A stretch of DNA of 64,000 nt, from contig NW_005434667.1 of NCBI RefSeq assembly GCF_000315625.1, positions 735,061-799,060 on the forward strand. The letters are read 5' to 3'. The stretch comes from Guillardia theta CCMP2712 (lineage: Eukaryota > Protista > Cryptophyta). The translations under genes were made by a program, and so were the position numbers. The notes beneath the pieces were generated by a model. That model was given only the letters and a program-made list of their open reading frames with translations. It was not told the DNA's origin and searched no databases. Below are positions 14,001 to 24,802 of this stretch, one piece after another. The first letter of the stretch is position 1. Each line of letters opens with the position of its first letter.

Positions 14001-15378
14001 TCAGCAGCGAGCATCAGCAACGACAATTACCTTTTGTTTGGGCGACTGCGCTACTCCCCGCACTTCCTCACCACAGACAACCTCGGCGATATGACACAGG
14101 ACCAAACCGTCTGCAAACATCTTCCCGAAGTCCTTCACTTTGACGGTCCGCGACATGGCGATTTCCCTGAGAGAGCTCTTCTTTTCCATGATGCTCTCGA
14201 ACCAAGACCTTGCCTGTTTGTCTCCCACTTCAACAAAATGATCCTGATCAAACGTCGATGAATTGGGAGGCTTCGGATAGACTGCATCGATTGCTCGTTC
14301 CGGCTGCCTTGGGGGTTCTTCACTCCTCCTGCTCTCCTGCAGCAGCACATCTCTGCCTGAGGCTCGATGCTGCTTCCTCCCTCTCACTTCTCCATCGTAG
14401 CTCCTCCTCTCTTCTCTGCCAGCTCCCCCGAGACGAGCCTCGTCGTAGCAATGTCGCTGCTCGGCCATCGGAGGTTCTCGACTGACTTGCTCCTCCACCC
14501 GCTGCTCCATCACTGACTGCTGGACCATCTCCGACCTCGAGTCGCTGATTCTCGTGGGGAACCTGCGAATGTTCTGATCCTTGGCATCAACAACTGCATC
14601 AGGCGGCAGGCTGCTGTCACCCTTCACCATAGCCGCCCTCTGCAGTCCGGGTTCGAATTGCGCATGGAGATTCTTGTTTCCATCATCCTCGTTTCTGAGT
14701 GAGAGGTCAGGCTGGTGTGCATATGGACGATGCCTTTCGCTCTCAGGCTCCATATGATAACTTCTCTCAAGTAACTCTCGCGTGTTGCTCCTTCCTCTCG
14801 AGCTAGAGTCTCTTCCAACCACCTGCGACCGCGTCACCTGTGTGCCCGACTGGGAGAGTAGAGTAGCAAGAAAGTACGTTTGTTCTTGTCGGAAGAGAGA
14901 TGTTGATGCTTGGCGGCAAGTGTTTTTCATCCTGTTTCATCTCGTCTAGGAATCTTGATCGATTTGCGTCGGAATAAACACAAGACTTGATCAGGAAGAG
15001 CAGCTGCAGTATCGAATCGTCGTCCCAACCATAGCTCATGCACTTGTGGAATGAGGAGGGGATGTCGATGCCGCTCTTTGAGCAGGTAATGGACAGAGCT
15101 TCATTGAGCAGCTCCTGGTCTCCCGGATGTTCGTAGGAGTGAGAAAGTTTGAACATGGAAGGATCTGCATTGCAGAACACCTTGACAAGTCCTTCAGTTC
15201 CAACACACTGTAACTCAGACACAGAGTGTGTCATACTCACCACTTCTACCACCTCTCTGAGTGTCTTGCCGCTTCGAAGGTCTTCCACATCACTTGCAAC
15301 CATCCCTGAAGGGATACCAAGAGTGTTCAACCAGCAAAAGAGTTTCTCGGTTTCCCATCCTTGCAAGATCATTCTCAC
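11077..15378 (-). CDS. Multi-calponin-homology (CH) domain protein
   Basis: Repeated CH signatures: WLNTLG...DLRSGKTL; WFESI...FADGLVLCHIAE; WLQQL...FRNGVLLARL...NNVEIAL...LVQGDENAIWSLL; WLKEL...LLDGVALAEI. Final exon AEDILDCDQDVILDLLEKL...HKG*. Confidence 0.75.
14596..14690. repeat. 95-bp direct repeat, copy 1 (inside a CH-gene exon)
   Basis: Matches 15698-15792 at 90 of 95 positions by eye. Confidence 0.9.
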
Positions 15379-15697
15379 GGCCCTCCTCTTGCACTACCTT
15401 CCTTCCTATCTTCCTGCTCTCAGCCTCAACATCTGTGCCTCATCCTCCTCATACTCTACCATCTTGTTACTCTGGTCTTATTCGTCTTCGCTTGCCCCGC
15501 CCCATCCCTCCATGCATGGTTTCGAAGGCGCCGTTGATTGGAATCCCGTCAATAAACTGAACAGTATTTTCTAGCAGTTCCAATTTCCAGGGACAAATAT
15601 TATATAGTGGATCATGCTTTTCAGACAATGGTTCCAGCAATAGAACGTGGGAGAAATTGTACGGTCTTCCGACGATCCTGAGTTTCCGGGAAGCACC

Positions 15698-15792
15698 GCA
15701 TCAGGCGGCAGGCTGCTGTCACCCTTCACCATAGCCGCCCTCTGCAGTCCGGGTTCGGATTACGTGTGGAGATTCTTGTTTTCATCATCCTC
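15698..15792. repeat. 95-bp direct repeat, copy 2 (upstream of the CH gene)
   Basis: gcatcaggcggcaggctgctgtcacccttcaccatagccgccctctgcagtccgggttcg... shared with 14596-14690. Confidence 0.9.
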
Positions 15793-16028
15793 CGGCGTTC
15801 AGAGTCTGATGAGTCGCGAACGGCGCGTGAAAATCCGGAAGTTGCAGACTGAGGAGAGGCCTCACCATGAAGTTCAAGCCGCCCGGTTGCAAGCAATGAT
15901 CGGAAGTCGGAAGTGAAATGAGGAATAGCGTATTACGCTTGTCGCCTTGCAAATGGGTGATTTTACAGATACTCTTACTACCACGGTTGACATTATCAAT
16001 TACAAGTATGAAACAAAATTGGAAGGGA

Positions 16029-16934
16029 TCACGTTGGCGGCCCGACGTTCTTACTTTGGCTTTTTCTTGTCGCCACCATACCTGCAGAATGAGGGTGAGG
16101 GAACAATGAGCCAGGGAAGAACATTTCTGACCTCGAGGCGTACGCAGACATCAACTTCTCAAGGCGACGAGTCTTAGAGTCCTCATCCTCTTCGTCTCCT
16201 TGTGGTTTCACTTGTTGGTTCAGGTCTGCGCCCTTTTCTCCTGTCCGGATCCTGCTGTCTTTGACATCCTTTCCCCAAGCCGTTGTTCCGATTCCAGCAT
16301 ACTTGGACATCTTCGGTTGTACCAAGTCAGACTTGGTCTTCATGCTGTCTGCGAGAGTTTCATTAGAGTGCCTTTTGGCATAACCTCCGATCAGTTGCAG
16401 CACTCGAGTGTTGTCTGGGGGCGGAAGAACCTCACTTGAGGCCTCAGTGGCCACGTCTTCCACTTCAAACACTGGAGTCTCCATGGAAACCGTTTCTTTT
16501 CTAGCCTTCTTCGGTTTCCCAGAAAATTTGACAATCATTGTCTGATAGAAGGAAGCAAGCCGATGGTACAAATCCTTCAAGAAGCCCTTCATGTATGACA
16601 TGAAACTGTCGATGACGCCTGCAAGACTGGTCGACTTTGGTCTAGCCCCGTAGGACTGCAAGATCTGATTTTTTCTTGAGTTCTCCTTGATCTTGAGGCC
16701 TAAGGACGTCGTCAGCTTCTGGCTAACATACGCCTTCGATTTCGAATTCCCATCAGAGGAGTGCAACTGTTGAACCAACCCAACGCTTTTGTGCCTTCCA
16801 GCTTTGTACCATTGATCATGAAGACAATCCAAACTTCCCTTTTTCCCTAGGTTTGAAATGTACAAGGGAGAGGAGGTGAAAGAAGAAGCTATTTCAAGGG
16901 CGGCAAGGGCGAGAAAAAATCGGAGCAATGTCAT
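16029..16934 (-). CDS. Probable plastid-targeted hypothetical protein (bipartite leader)
   Basis: MTLLRFFLALAALEIASS|FTSSP: signal peptide followed by +1 Phe, the ASAF-type stromal import motif of red-derived complex plastids. The 3' end is uncertain. Confidence 0.6.
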   Translation of the reverse strand: MTLLRFFLALAALEIASSFTSSPLYISNLGKKGSLDCLHDQWYKAGRHKSVGLVQQLHSSDGNSKSKAYVSQKLTTSLGLKIKENSRKNQILQSYGARPKSTSLAGVIDSFMSYMKGFLKDLYHRLASFYQTMIVKFSGKPKKARKETVSMETPVFEVEDVATEASSEVLPPPDNTRVLQLIGGYAKRHSNETLADSMKTKSDLVQPKMSKYAGIGTTAWGKDVKDSRIRTGEKGADLNQQVKPQGDEEDEDSKTRRLEKLMSAYASRSEMFFPGSLFPHPHSAGMVATRKSQSKNVGPPT

Positions 16935-17284
16935 GGTATTCGGTGTCCGCGGGTTCCAGAGATCTACAAACACCACCTGCACAAGTATGAAGTTACGAAC
17001 TTGAACCTATCAAAAGGATATGTCTCTGCGATAAAGCCCCATCACACACATCAAAAGGACAGCAGCGAGGATGAGTCTCCGGGTCAAGACTAGGGGAGGC
17101 ACTGGAATAAGGGGCAACCCAGCGGTAGGGATGCGGACAGAAGAAGTACAAAGAGAAGATGTAGATTAAGACGAGCTAAAGAGACTGTGTCAGAAAAACT
17201 CCTTGTGTACTGCAGATCAAAGATTGGAATGTGAGGGAGTAACGATTAGGTAGACAACACGAAGGACGAGGAGAGAGGAACATC

Positions 17285-17640
17285 AGGGTTAGAGGATCAT
17301 GACCATGGTTGGGTGACCCAACTCAAGTTAAGGAAGGGAAGAACGCCACTAGGAGGCTTCGCTCCTGCATGGCTTCCACCGCAACCACGCCGCTGGTATG
17401 GGGCGCAGTGCCTCCTGCATTTTCTCGGACAAAGTTCTAGGGGTAGGGTGTATATGATTCTCGAGGGTAGGGGGTAGGTGAGTTGTGAAAAATACCCGTT
17501 GCATTGATACAGCCAGTGACAGTCTGGAACCACGTGGGGTAGTTTCTAGTGGGGTAGGGTGAGGGGTCCCGGGAGGCCACTAGGGGGTAGTAGTACCCCA
17601 CGATCATGAGGGGAAAGTTACGGGTACCTCGGGATGCTGT
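17285..17640. promoter_or_regulatory. Putative bidirectional promoter with dense GGG(G)TAG cluster
   Basis: At least six GGGTAG copies between divergent genes, followed by an AT-rich tract. Confidence 0.45.
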
Positions 17641-18036
17641 CATAAAAGTGTTTTTGAATGTACAGTTAGGCTGTTAATAAATAATATGCTAGGTATGATT
17701 GATTTATTGGGTTACAATATCTTTATATATTTTTTAACAATCTTGAAGGATTATTAAATTGTATTTTTATTTGTACATGATGATAATTAAAAAAGTATTT
17801 GAGTTGTACTGATTCACCCAAAACATTTTTAAAGGTCGTTTGTACCGGAGTTTCGCTTTCTACGTCCATGTGCGGCTTTCATCGGGGAAGGTCTGTGAGT
17901 TAAGAGGCGGCGAGGAGCGCAAAGACGCAGGGGAAGTCAATGAGCTGAATAAGAACAAGCATGTCCTCTATCTCTTGCAAGAATGACATCCAATCTTTGA
18001 TGATTTGAATGATACTGCTCGTCACCGAGTCGAAAG

Positions 18037-19955
18037 ATGCAATGCCACGGCAGACGTGTCCAATACTCGTTGAATTCAGAGCAGTCCAGCGCAGTTCCCA
18101 AGCCCCCTCTTGCTTCGAAACCATCTTTTTCGAGACCTCAAACTTCGAGAAGATATGCTGAACGCTCATCGACTGCCATGAGCGGGACTGATGATGATGA
18201 AAATAACCTCAACGGATTACAAAGACAATCACAGTACCAATGTAGAGAAAGTAACAATCTCAACATCAAGAATTTGCTCGAGTTTCTGAGCTTCAAAAAA
18301 GACATTGTCAGACGTCCTCTCTCGGAAAGATGCTCCAACAGCTCCGTCATTGTGCCTCAGCCAGACCGAGGGAGGGATAAGAGCAGTCCACGTGTGGACG
18401 ACGTACAGAAGCATGCGACTGTTGCTGATTCGAAGACATCGAGGGCCTCAAGACCTCCAAAGGTCACTGGAAAATCATGGATCGTTGTGGATGGCGAATC
18501 AGGAGCAATCATGGGAGGGAAAAGCGAGGTGAGGATTCGAACTTAGCTGGTCAAACTTGGCGGTTGACTTGAACTGACAGAGGCTCAACCGCGGGATAGC
18601 AAGCTTGACAAAGGCACCAATGCGCATTGTTCGTGCATGATTGCTATGTTGACAGTAGTTGGTGCAGATTATGACTTGCCACATTGTCATCAAGCTCGCC
18701 GAGGTCCAGCCAGGTTGGGAAGTGATTTCACTTGCACCTAAAGGCTGACTTTCCTGCTTCAGAGATCCTACAAGAGTGCATCGTCGTGAGTGAAAAGGCT
18801 GAGAAAATCATCGGGACTTCAGCTAAATTGCGAGCAGGCATAGCGTGAAACTGTGGCCCCCTTTCCCTTACATGTCCGAGCAGGAGATCGAGTACAGGTC
18901 TTGGACGCCTTGTATGGATTGATGCTCCCTTCCGGCAATGACGCAGCAGTGGCGATTGCACAACACTTTGCCGCACGCTTGCACGCTCGGAGGATTCTGT
19001 ACAGGAAGTCTTTAAGGTGGAACCTTCCCAGCGCATCTCCACTAGGGTGACCGGTTTGACATGGGCAGGGATCGAGGGATCCAAGTGGGGGGGATGATGA
19101 GGCACGAGTTTGCGGCCAAACTGTTGAGCTTACCTCTGAGCAGCGAAACAAGGTCAGGCTGGTTTGAGAACTTGTGTCAGCTACGACTTCTGATGATATC
19201 CTTGCAGCATGGAAGGGTTAGGGCTTGCGTACATGTCAAACGATTCTTCCCTCTTGCCCTGGGTGACTGAGATGAACACCATGGCGTTCGTTCTCGGAAT
19301 GAGTTCGACCAACTTCGAAAATCCTCATGGTGACTTACCATCACTCATTCAGTTGTCTGATAGGTTGCTGCTTGCAGGGTTGAGCAGCAAGTTGCACAAA
19401 TCTACAGCATTTGATGTCGCCAAGCTGTCGGTGTGAAACATGATTGAATGCAATGGTCCTTTGTCAGCACTGTGACCGACATGCAGGTCGAGGCGTTGCG
19501 ATCTGATTTGTTTCGAAAGATTGTCAATACTCAGAGCCATGCTGTCAATATCATGAACGCTAGAGACTCGTCCACCAGAGTACTGGTGTGGAAGAATACC
19601 AACGAACTCCTTCAAGAGGGATATTCAGGTATCAAGACTGGAACTACTCCAACGACAGGTAGCTTTCTGTCATGATCTCTCTTCAAGTCAGTAAGTACCA
19701 TGTGACATCAGGATATTCCTTGGCATCTGAATACACTTTTGATGTCGAGCTCACAGGTTGTTTGTATTCGAAGGGGATGGGTAGTGATCATGTCACAGGT
19801 GAAAGAAAAAGTTTGATATGCATCCTTCTCGGATCGAGGACCAAGGAAGATAGGTAAACGAGGTTTGTTGATACGATTGTAGTGAATGATTTTCAATCAG
19901 GACAAATGACACAAGAAGGTTGATATCATGGGCAAAGTCTCTTCATAGTTCATGA
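18037..19955 (+). CDS. D-alanyl-D-alanine carboxypeptidase family (peptidase S11, PBP5/DacA-like) protein, intron-rich
   Basis: ASLTK (SxxK, ~18599-18613) spliced to IMT; [15 protein letters not shown] (SxN, 18931); [13 protein letters not shown]; STAFDVAKL; WKNTNELL; GIKTGTT (KTG, ~19634). About 10 introns; start codon uncertain. Confidence 0.9.
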
Positions 19956-20020
19956 TTGTATACTAGTAATGACATTATTGAAATTATTTACAAGCATGTG
20001 TACATGTCTCAGGACATCAC

Positions 20021-23000
20021 TCATCGCAGCGGATGAAAAGGAACGCAGGAAGGCTCTAGCACTAAATAGAGATTCCCTGGAGAGTTCACTCCTGTAGTCA
20101 AATCTATGAAGCGCGTCACTGAACGAACGGGAACATCGCATTCAAAGATTTTCATGTCGTTGAGAGATATTGTCTGAGAGTCTGAACAGGTGCAAGGTCA
20201 GAGACTTGTCAAGCAGAGAATGTACAATCTACCTCTCGTGCCATCAAGCTTTCCCAACACATGACAAGTTCCACGGGTGGTAACGAGGACAGAAGCGTTA
20301 CCTCCGTCATGCGCGTGGAATGTGGAAATCGACTGTATCGGCATCACCTTCTTTGTCTGGGGATGTTCAATATCCGCCAATCTCGTGGGAGTTCGAACCA
20401 TTTTCCCAGCAGACTCTCCGAGCACTCCTGCCTCGTTCCTTCCACACCCCAAGACAGTCCGATCGGAGGTCAAGAACAGCGAGTGCTCGAGCCCTGCGCT
20501 GGCCTGGATGACCCTCACGTTTCTGACGGAGCGAATCAACTTGGGTAGGAAAACTTTCTCAGCTGCATCCTCCCCTGCCAGTCCGAGTTGCCCGTACTGA
20601 TTGAGTCCGCACGAGTACACCCTGCCGTGCTTCGACAGCAGCAGGGTGTGGTGCGGAGATACAGAAGACTCCATGAAGTCTATTTCATCGCCGGAAACTT
20701 CGATTCGAGTAGGCTTCCTGCAGTAAAGCTCGAACCCGTTTTCTGCTCCCTCTAGAGTCTCCTTCCTCTGCAGCTTCGACTGGTCCAACCCCAGCTGACC
20801 AAAAGTTCCCTTCCCGCAGGTCCAGGCCCGGCCAGCTTCTGCAAAGTTTTGTGAGCAAGGAGAGTCAAGATAAGCCTGGGCCTCCGGACTCACCGTCAAT
20901 CAAGATCGAATGGTTGCCGGCAGCAGAGATATGAGTGAACGGCTGCTCTGAATCCGACGACAAGAAGAAAGGAACGTAAATGATGTTTGAATTCCTCTGG
21001 GCGTTCTCAACCTGAGATGCTCATCATCAAGACACTCTTGTGGATCCCAGCAGAGCCTCACCTGATGAATCTGGTTGATAATCTTCGACCTCTCCTTGTC
21101 GTTGCTCACTGAGATGTTTGCGAGGCTTTGCAGGAGTTCCCCCCGCTCCTTCTCCAGCGCCTCCGACTCTTGCGTCTCAGGCAGCCCGAGCTGTCCCCAA
21201 GAGTTGTCTCCGAACGCGATGATCCGTCCCCCAGCGCTCAGCAGCAGCGAGTGAACGTCTCCGGCAGCTACGGACTTGATCTGCATGTTCACGATGGAGT
21301 TCCCGCCAACCGCATACTCGATCTGCTTCGGAGACTCCACCACCTCCCGAGACTTCAAGCCACATTGCCCTCGTTCTGATGAGCCCCACACCCAGATGCT
21401 GCCATCAGAGCACAAGATGAGGCCATGGTGGCAACCACACGATACTTGACGAACTGACAACCTGGGCAACGTGATCTCTGCGGTTCGAGACACAGTGTTG
21501 TAGCACCAAAGCTCACCAGTCGTCAGAAACTTCTTTTCTTTGGACATGACATTCTGTACGAATTCACTCCGGAAGCCTTTCGTTGATAATATTCGAACCT
21601 TGTTATCGTATGAAATACATGAAAGGAAGGGATCTGAAGAAGTCGCTAATTTGTAAATCCCGCCTCCAAATCCTTTGACCTCTTTGATACAATCCATGCA
21701 TTCAAGGCTCCAGATTCTCAACGTGTCCTCACCCCCTCCAGAATAAACGAAGCCGTTTCGATAGACGAGAGATCGCACATAGCTGAATGTCTTCGAGACT
21801 TCTGTGAGAGATTGCACATGTTCCTCTAACGTAGAGATGTAGTCTTTCAACAACAGCTTGCCTTCTTCAGTCAGGACCGTAGAAAGCTCTTTTTTAGTCC
21901 TTTCAAGGTCGTTCTGAGCATCATTCAAGCTTTTGTATGGTGAGAGCGTGGCATAGAGGGTGTCTTCTATGCTGCCAAGCATGTACTGGTTGAAATTCTT
22001 GTTGTCCAAATCCCACAGCCTGATTTCACCACTTACTCCTCCAGTAAACAAAATTTGTCGAGCGGTCTCATATGAACTGATTTTGCACATATCCAACTTA
22101 AGATCCATGGCATAGACCGTATCGCTACAGCCATCTAATTGGCCAACTGTATGATTGCATTCTGGATCCCATAACTTGATTATTCCATCTTCTCCAGCGC
22201 TGTAAATTCTTGAGCCATTGGTGATGATTGAATGTACGTAACATGCATGGCCAGAAAGGACACAAGAACAAACCAACGTGGTATACCCTCTCGAATCACT
22301 ATCAGAGTTGGTTGCAGAATCTTCACTGTGTCTCCACAGCCTGATGGTCATATCCAAACTTCCACTGCATAGAAATTTCCCCGAGAAATCTGTTTTGTTG
22401 TTTGGTTCACCTGCGATAGCAAGGGCTGTGACAGCATCAGCATGACCTTCAAGGATTTGTAGGCATGACATCCTTTTCTCTACATCCCATACACGGATAG
22501 TTCTGTCCAGTGAGCCCGAGAATAAGAACTTGTCCATATACAGTGTCATACAAGTGATCACTTGATCATGGCCTTTTAGCTCATATTGCCTACAGAAGTC
22601 AAAAATTATTGTATCCAGACAGTATATCTTGATCGTGACTTCATTGTTAGCCACGTATACTTTGCTTTTGTTCATGATGATACTTCCATCTATCTTGGTG
22701 TCCAGGTTTCCTTCGCAATTGATTTCCCACAATAACTCAGTAAATGCATATTTCAACATCTTTTCGTGTTTTGACTTCATGACATTCTTATCGAATTCCA
22801 ACTTTGCCTCTAATTGTCCAATTCTATCCAACTCTATTTCTTCTCGCCTCTCTTTTTCGGCAATAGCCTTGCTTTTCGCTTTTTCATTCCTTGCTATTTC
22901 TGCTTTTTCCTTGATGTTGCTTTCAAGGGAGGCAAGCGAATGTTTGCATTCATGCACTGCTTCCTTCGCAAGAAGCAGGTCTGAAACAGATGGATAGATT

Positions 23001-24352
23001 TCCTCATCATGCCTCAAGATTTCCTTCAATACGTCCTCCAGAACAGGAATTCCCCTGGTTAGCAGCCTTTCTCTTATTTGTATCAATTTGTATCCAACCT
23101 CTGCAATAAGTAATCGATATTTTGCTGTTGAAATGCTTTTACAAGCTGAATTATTTAGCGAACCATCCAAGTGTAGGCATCGGATTTCATGTTTGATCAA
23201 ACTGATGCGTTGTGCAGCTTGTACGGAAGAAGTATCAACTGGTTTCAGAACTGCAAATTCTTGTTGAAGATAGGAAATTCTTTCTTCGCCTCTTTGAACA
23301 GCATTGACAGCGTTTTGATTTACAAGGGGGAGAGTTTTTTGGACATTCAAGGCCTTCTCGAAAGTTGCCTGGGGTCTGCGACGTAAGAGCTCGTAATAGT
23401 CCAGGACAAATCTTCTATGCTGTTGAAGATTGTCGAGAATTGCTGCAGGATTTTCACCATCATTTGTCCCCATTGAGTCTGCATAACCCATCACATGTGT
23501 GGTATAGTTTTCAAGAATCTCGCAGGTTTTGTTCATCAAAGTCATATAAACAAGAATAATTTCACCCGACCCAAAGATGAATTTTCTTATGTTTCTTAGA
23601 TCTGTTAAAAGCCAACACAACTCATTCCAGGCTTCTTGTTTGATCAGTTCTTCTACTTGAACAGAGAACTCAACGGCAGCCTTATTGTCATATGTGTCAG
23701 CATTCCTGTCCACGTGACTGCTCTCCGCCTTTTTCCACTCACTCTCGAGAACATACCGACCGCTCGTCCTGTCCTGCTTCAATTTGTTGTAAAATTTGGT
23801 TGTGAAACGCAGCTTATTCTTGTTGGGTTTAGTCTTCAGAAGCTCACTTGAAGAAACCAGAAAATCCTTGAACTTCGAAGATGTCAGTGTGGTGCGATAA
23901 TCTTGCAGATCATGAATGGTGGAAAGGCTCAAGAACCGATGTGCTGCAGGTGATATTCTTCCTCTTCCTGCTACTGGAATTTCCGGCAATTTCGTCTGAT
24001 CTGCACTGCCATAGAGTATTGGCGCCGGGTTTCTTTTCGCTCCTGATCGTTTAACAGGCTTGGCGAAGCCCTTCTGTCCAACATTGAATTGCCTACTTCG
24101 AGACTGCAGGGGAAAAGAACATGGTGACAACAAGCCAAGCCTCAAACGGCAACCTTTTCACCTTTCGACTGGCGTAATCATCTCCGGAAGCTAAAGGGTC
24201 TCCTCCCATCTCTTCATTCTCCTGCCGAATCTGTCAGAGGAAGCATCAAACTCTGGTAGAGTCATATCCCAGCTCCTTACATCGCGAAGAGCATCGAGAA
24301 ACGCTTCTGGGTCTCCCTCAGGCAGCCCCCACGCTGCCGGACTCTCCGCCAT
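20021..24352 (-). CDS. Coiled-coil + WD40 repeat + RCC1 repeat protein
   Basis: WD40: LKGHDQVITC...FSGSLDRTIRVWD, LEGHADAVT...SGSLDMTIRLW. RCC1: VSCGCHH...WVWGSSERGQCG, VAAGDVHSL...FGDNSWGQLG, YSCGLNQYGQLG. Start MAESPAAWG at 24352 joins through two GT-AG introns. Confidence 0.85.
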
Positions 24353-24359
24353 GCGGTTG

Positions 24360-24670
24360 CAAGACAGTGAGGCGGGGCGGGCCTACTACCGACGGTACCG
24401 ATCGGACCCGGGCTTGCCGTACGCCGGCCCCGGGGCACCTTACGCGCCGGACTCGCCCCCGGCCCGGCGCAGGGCCCCGGCCCCCCGGCAGGCCCGGCCG
24501 CCGGGCCGCCCCGACCGCCACGGCCGGGCGCCCCTGTGAACTTTGTCACACCTCGGGTTCGCACAGCCGCGCCCCCACTGTGACTTCCGAAGTTCGCCAA
24601 ACCTCCGCCGGGTCACTGTGCCACGCCCGGGCTAGCGGAGCGCCCACTGATCCGGGCCGGCCTCGGATCA
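24360..24670. promoter_or_regulatory. CCGG/GGCC-rich GC island at a divergent gene junction
   Basis: Extremely GC-rich 300 bp directly between the start codons at 24352 (-) and 24803 (+). Confidence 0.5.
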
Positions 24671-24802
24671 AACTTGATCAGGTAGTTTATTGGTGATGGA
24701 GGTTTGATGTCTCTCGTTTGGACCTATAGACTCAGTGAGGTGAGCTTGAAGTCGTTCATCAACAAATCGCAGTCGGAATGCACTGAGAGAGCGTTAGTTA
24801 GG

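Noticed and set aside
15918-16177. Short plus-strand ORFs converging on the 16029-16934 gene
   Set aside because: No recognisable domain and they overlap the opposite gene; cannot be supported without transcripts.
18037-19955. S11 peptidase as bacterial contamination
   Set aside because: Interrupted by many spliceosomal introns and embedded among eukaryotic genes.
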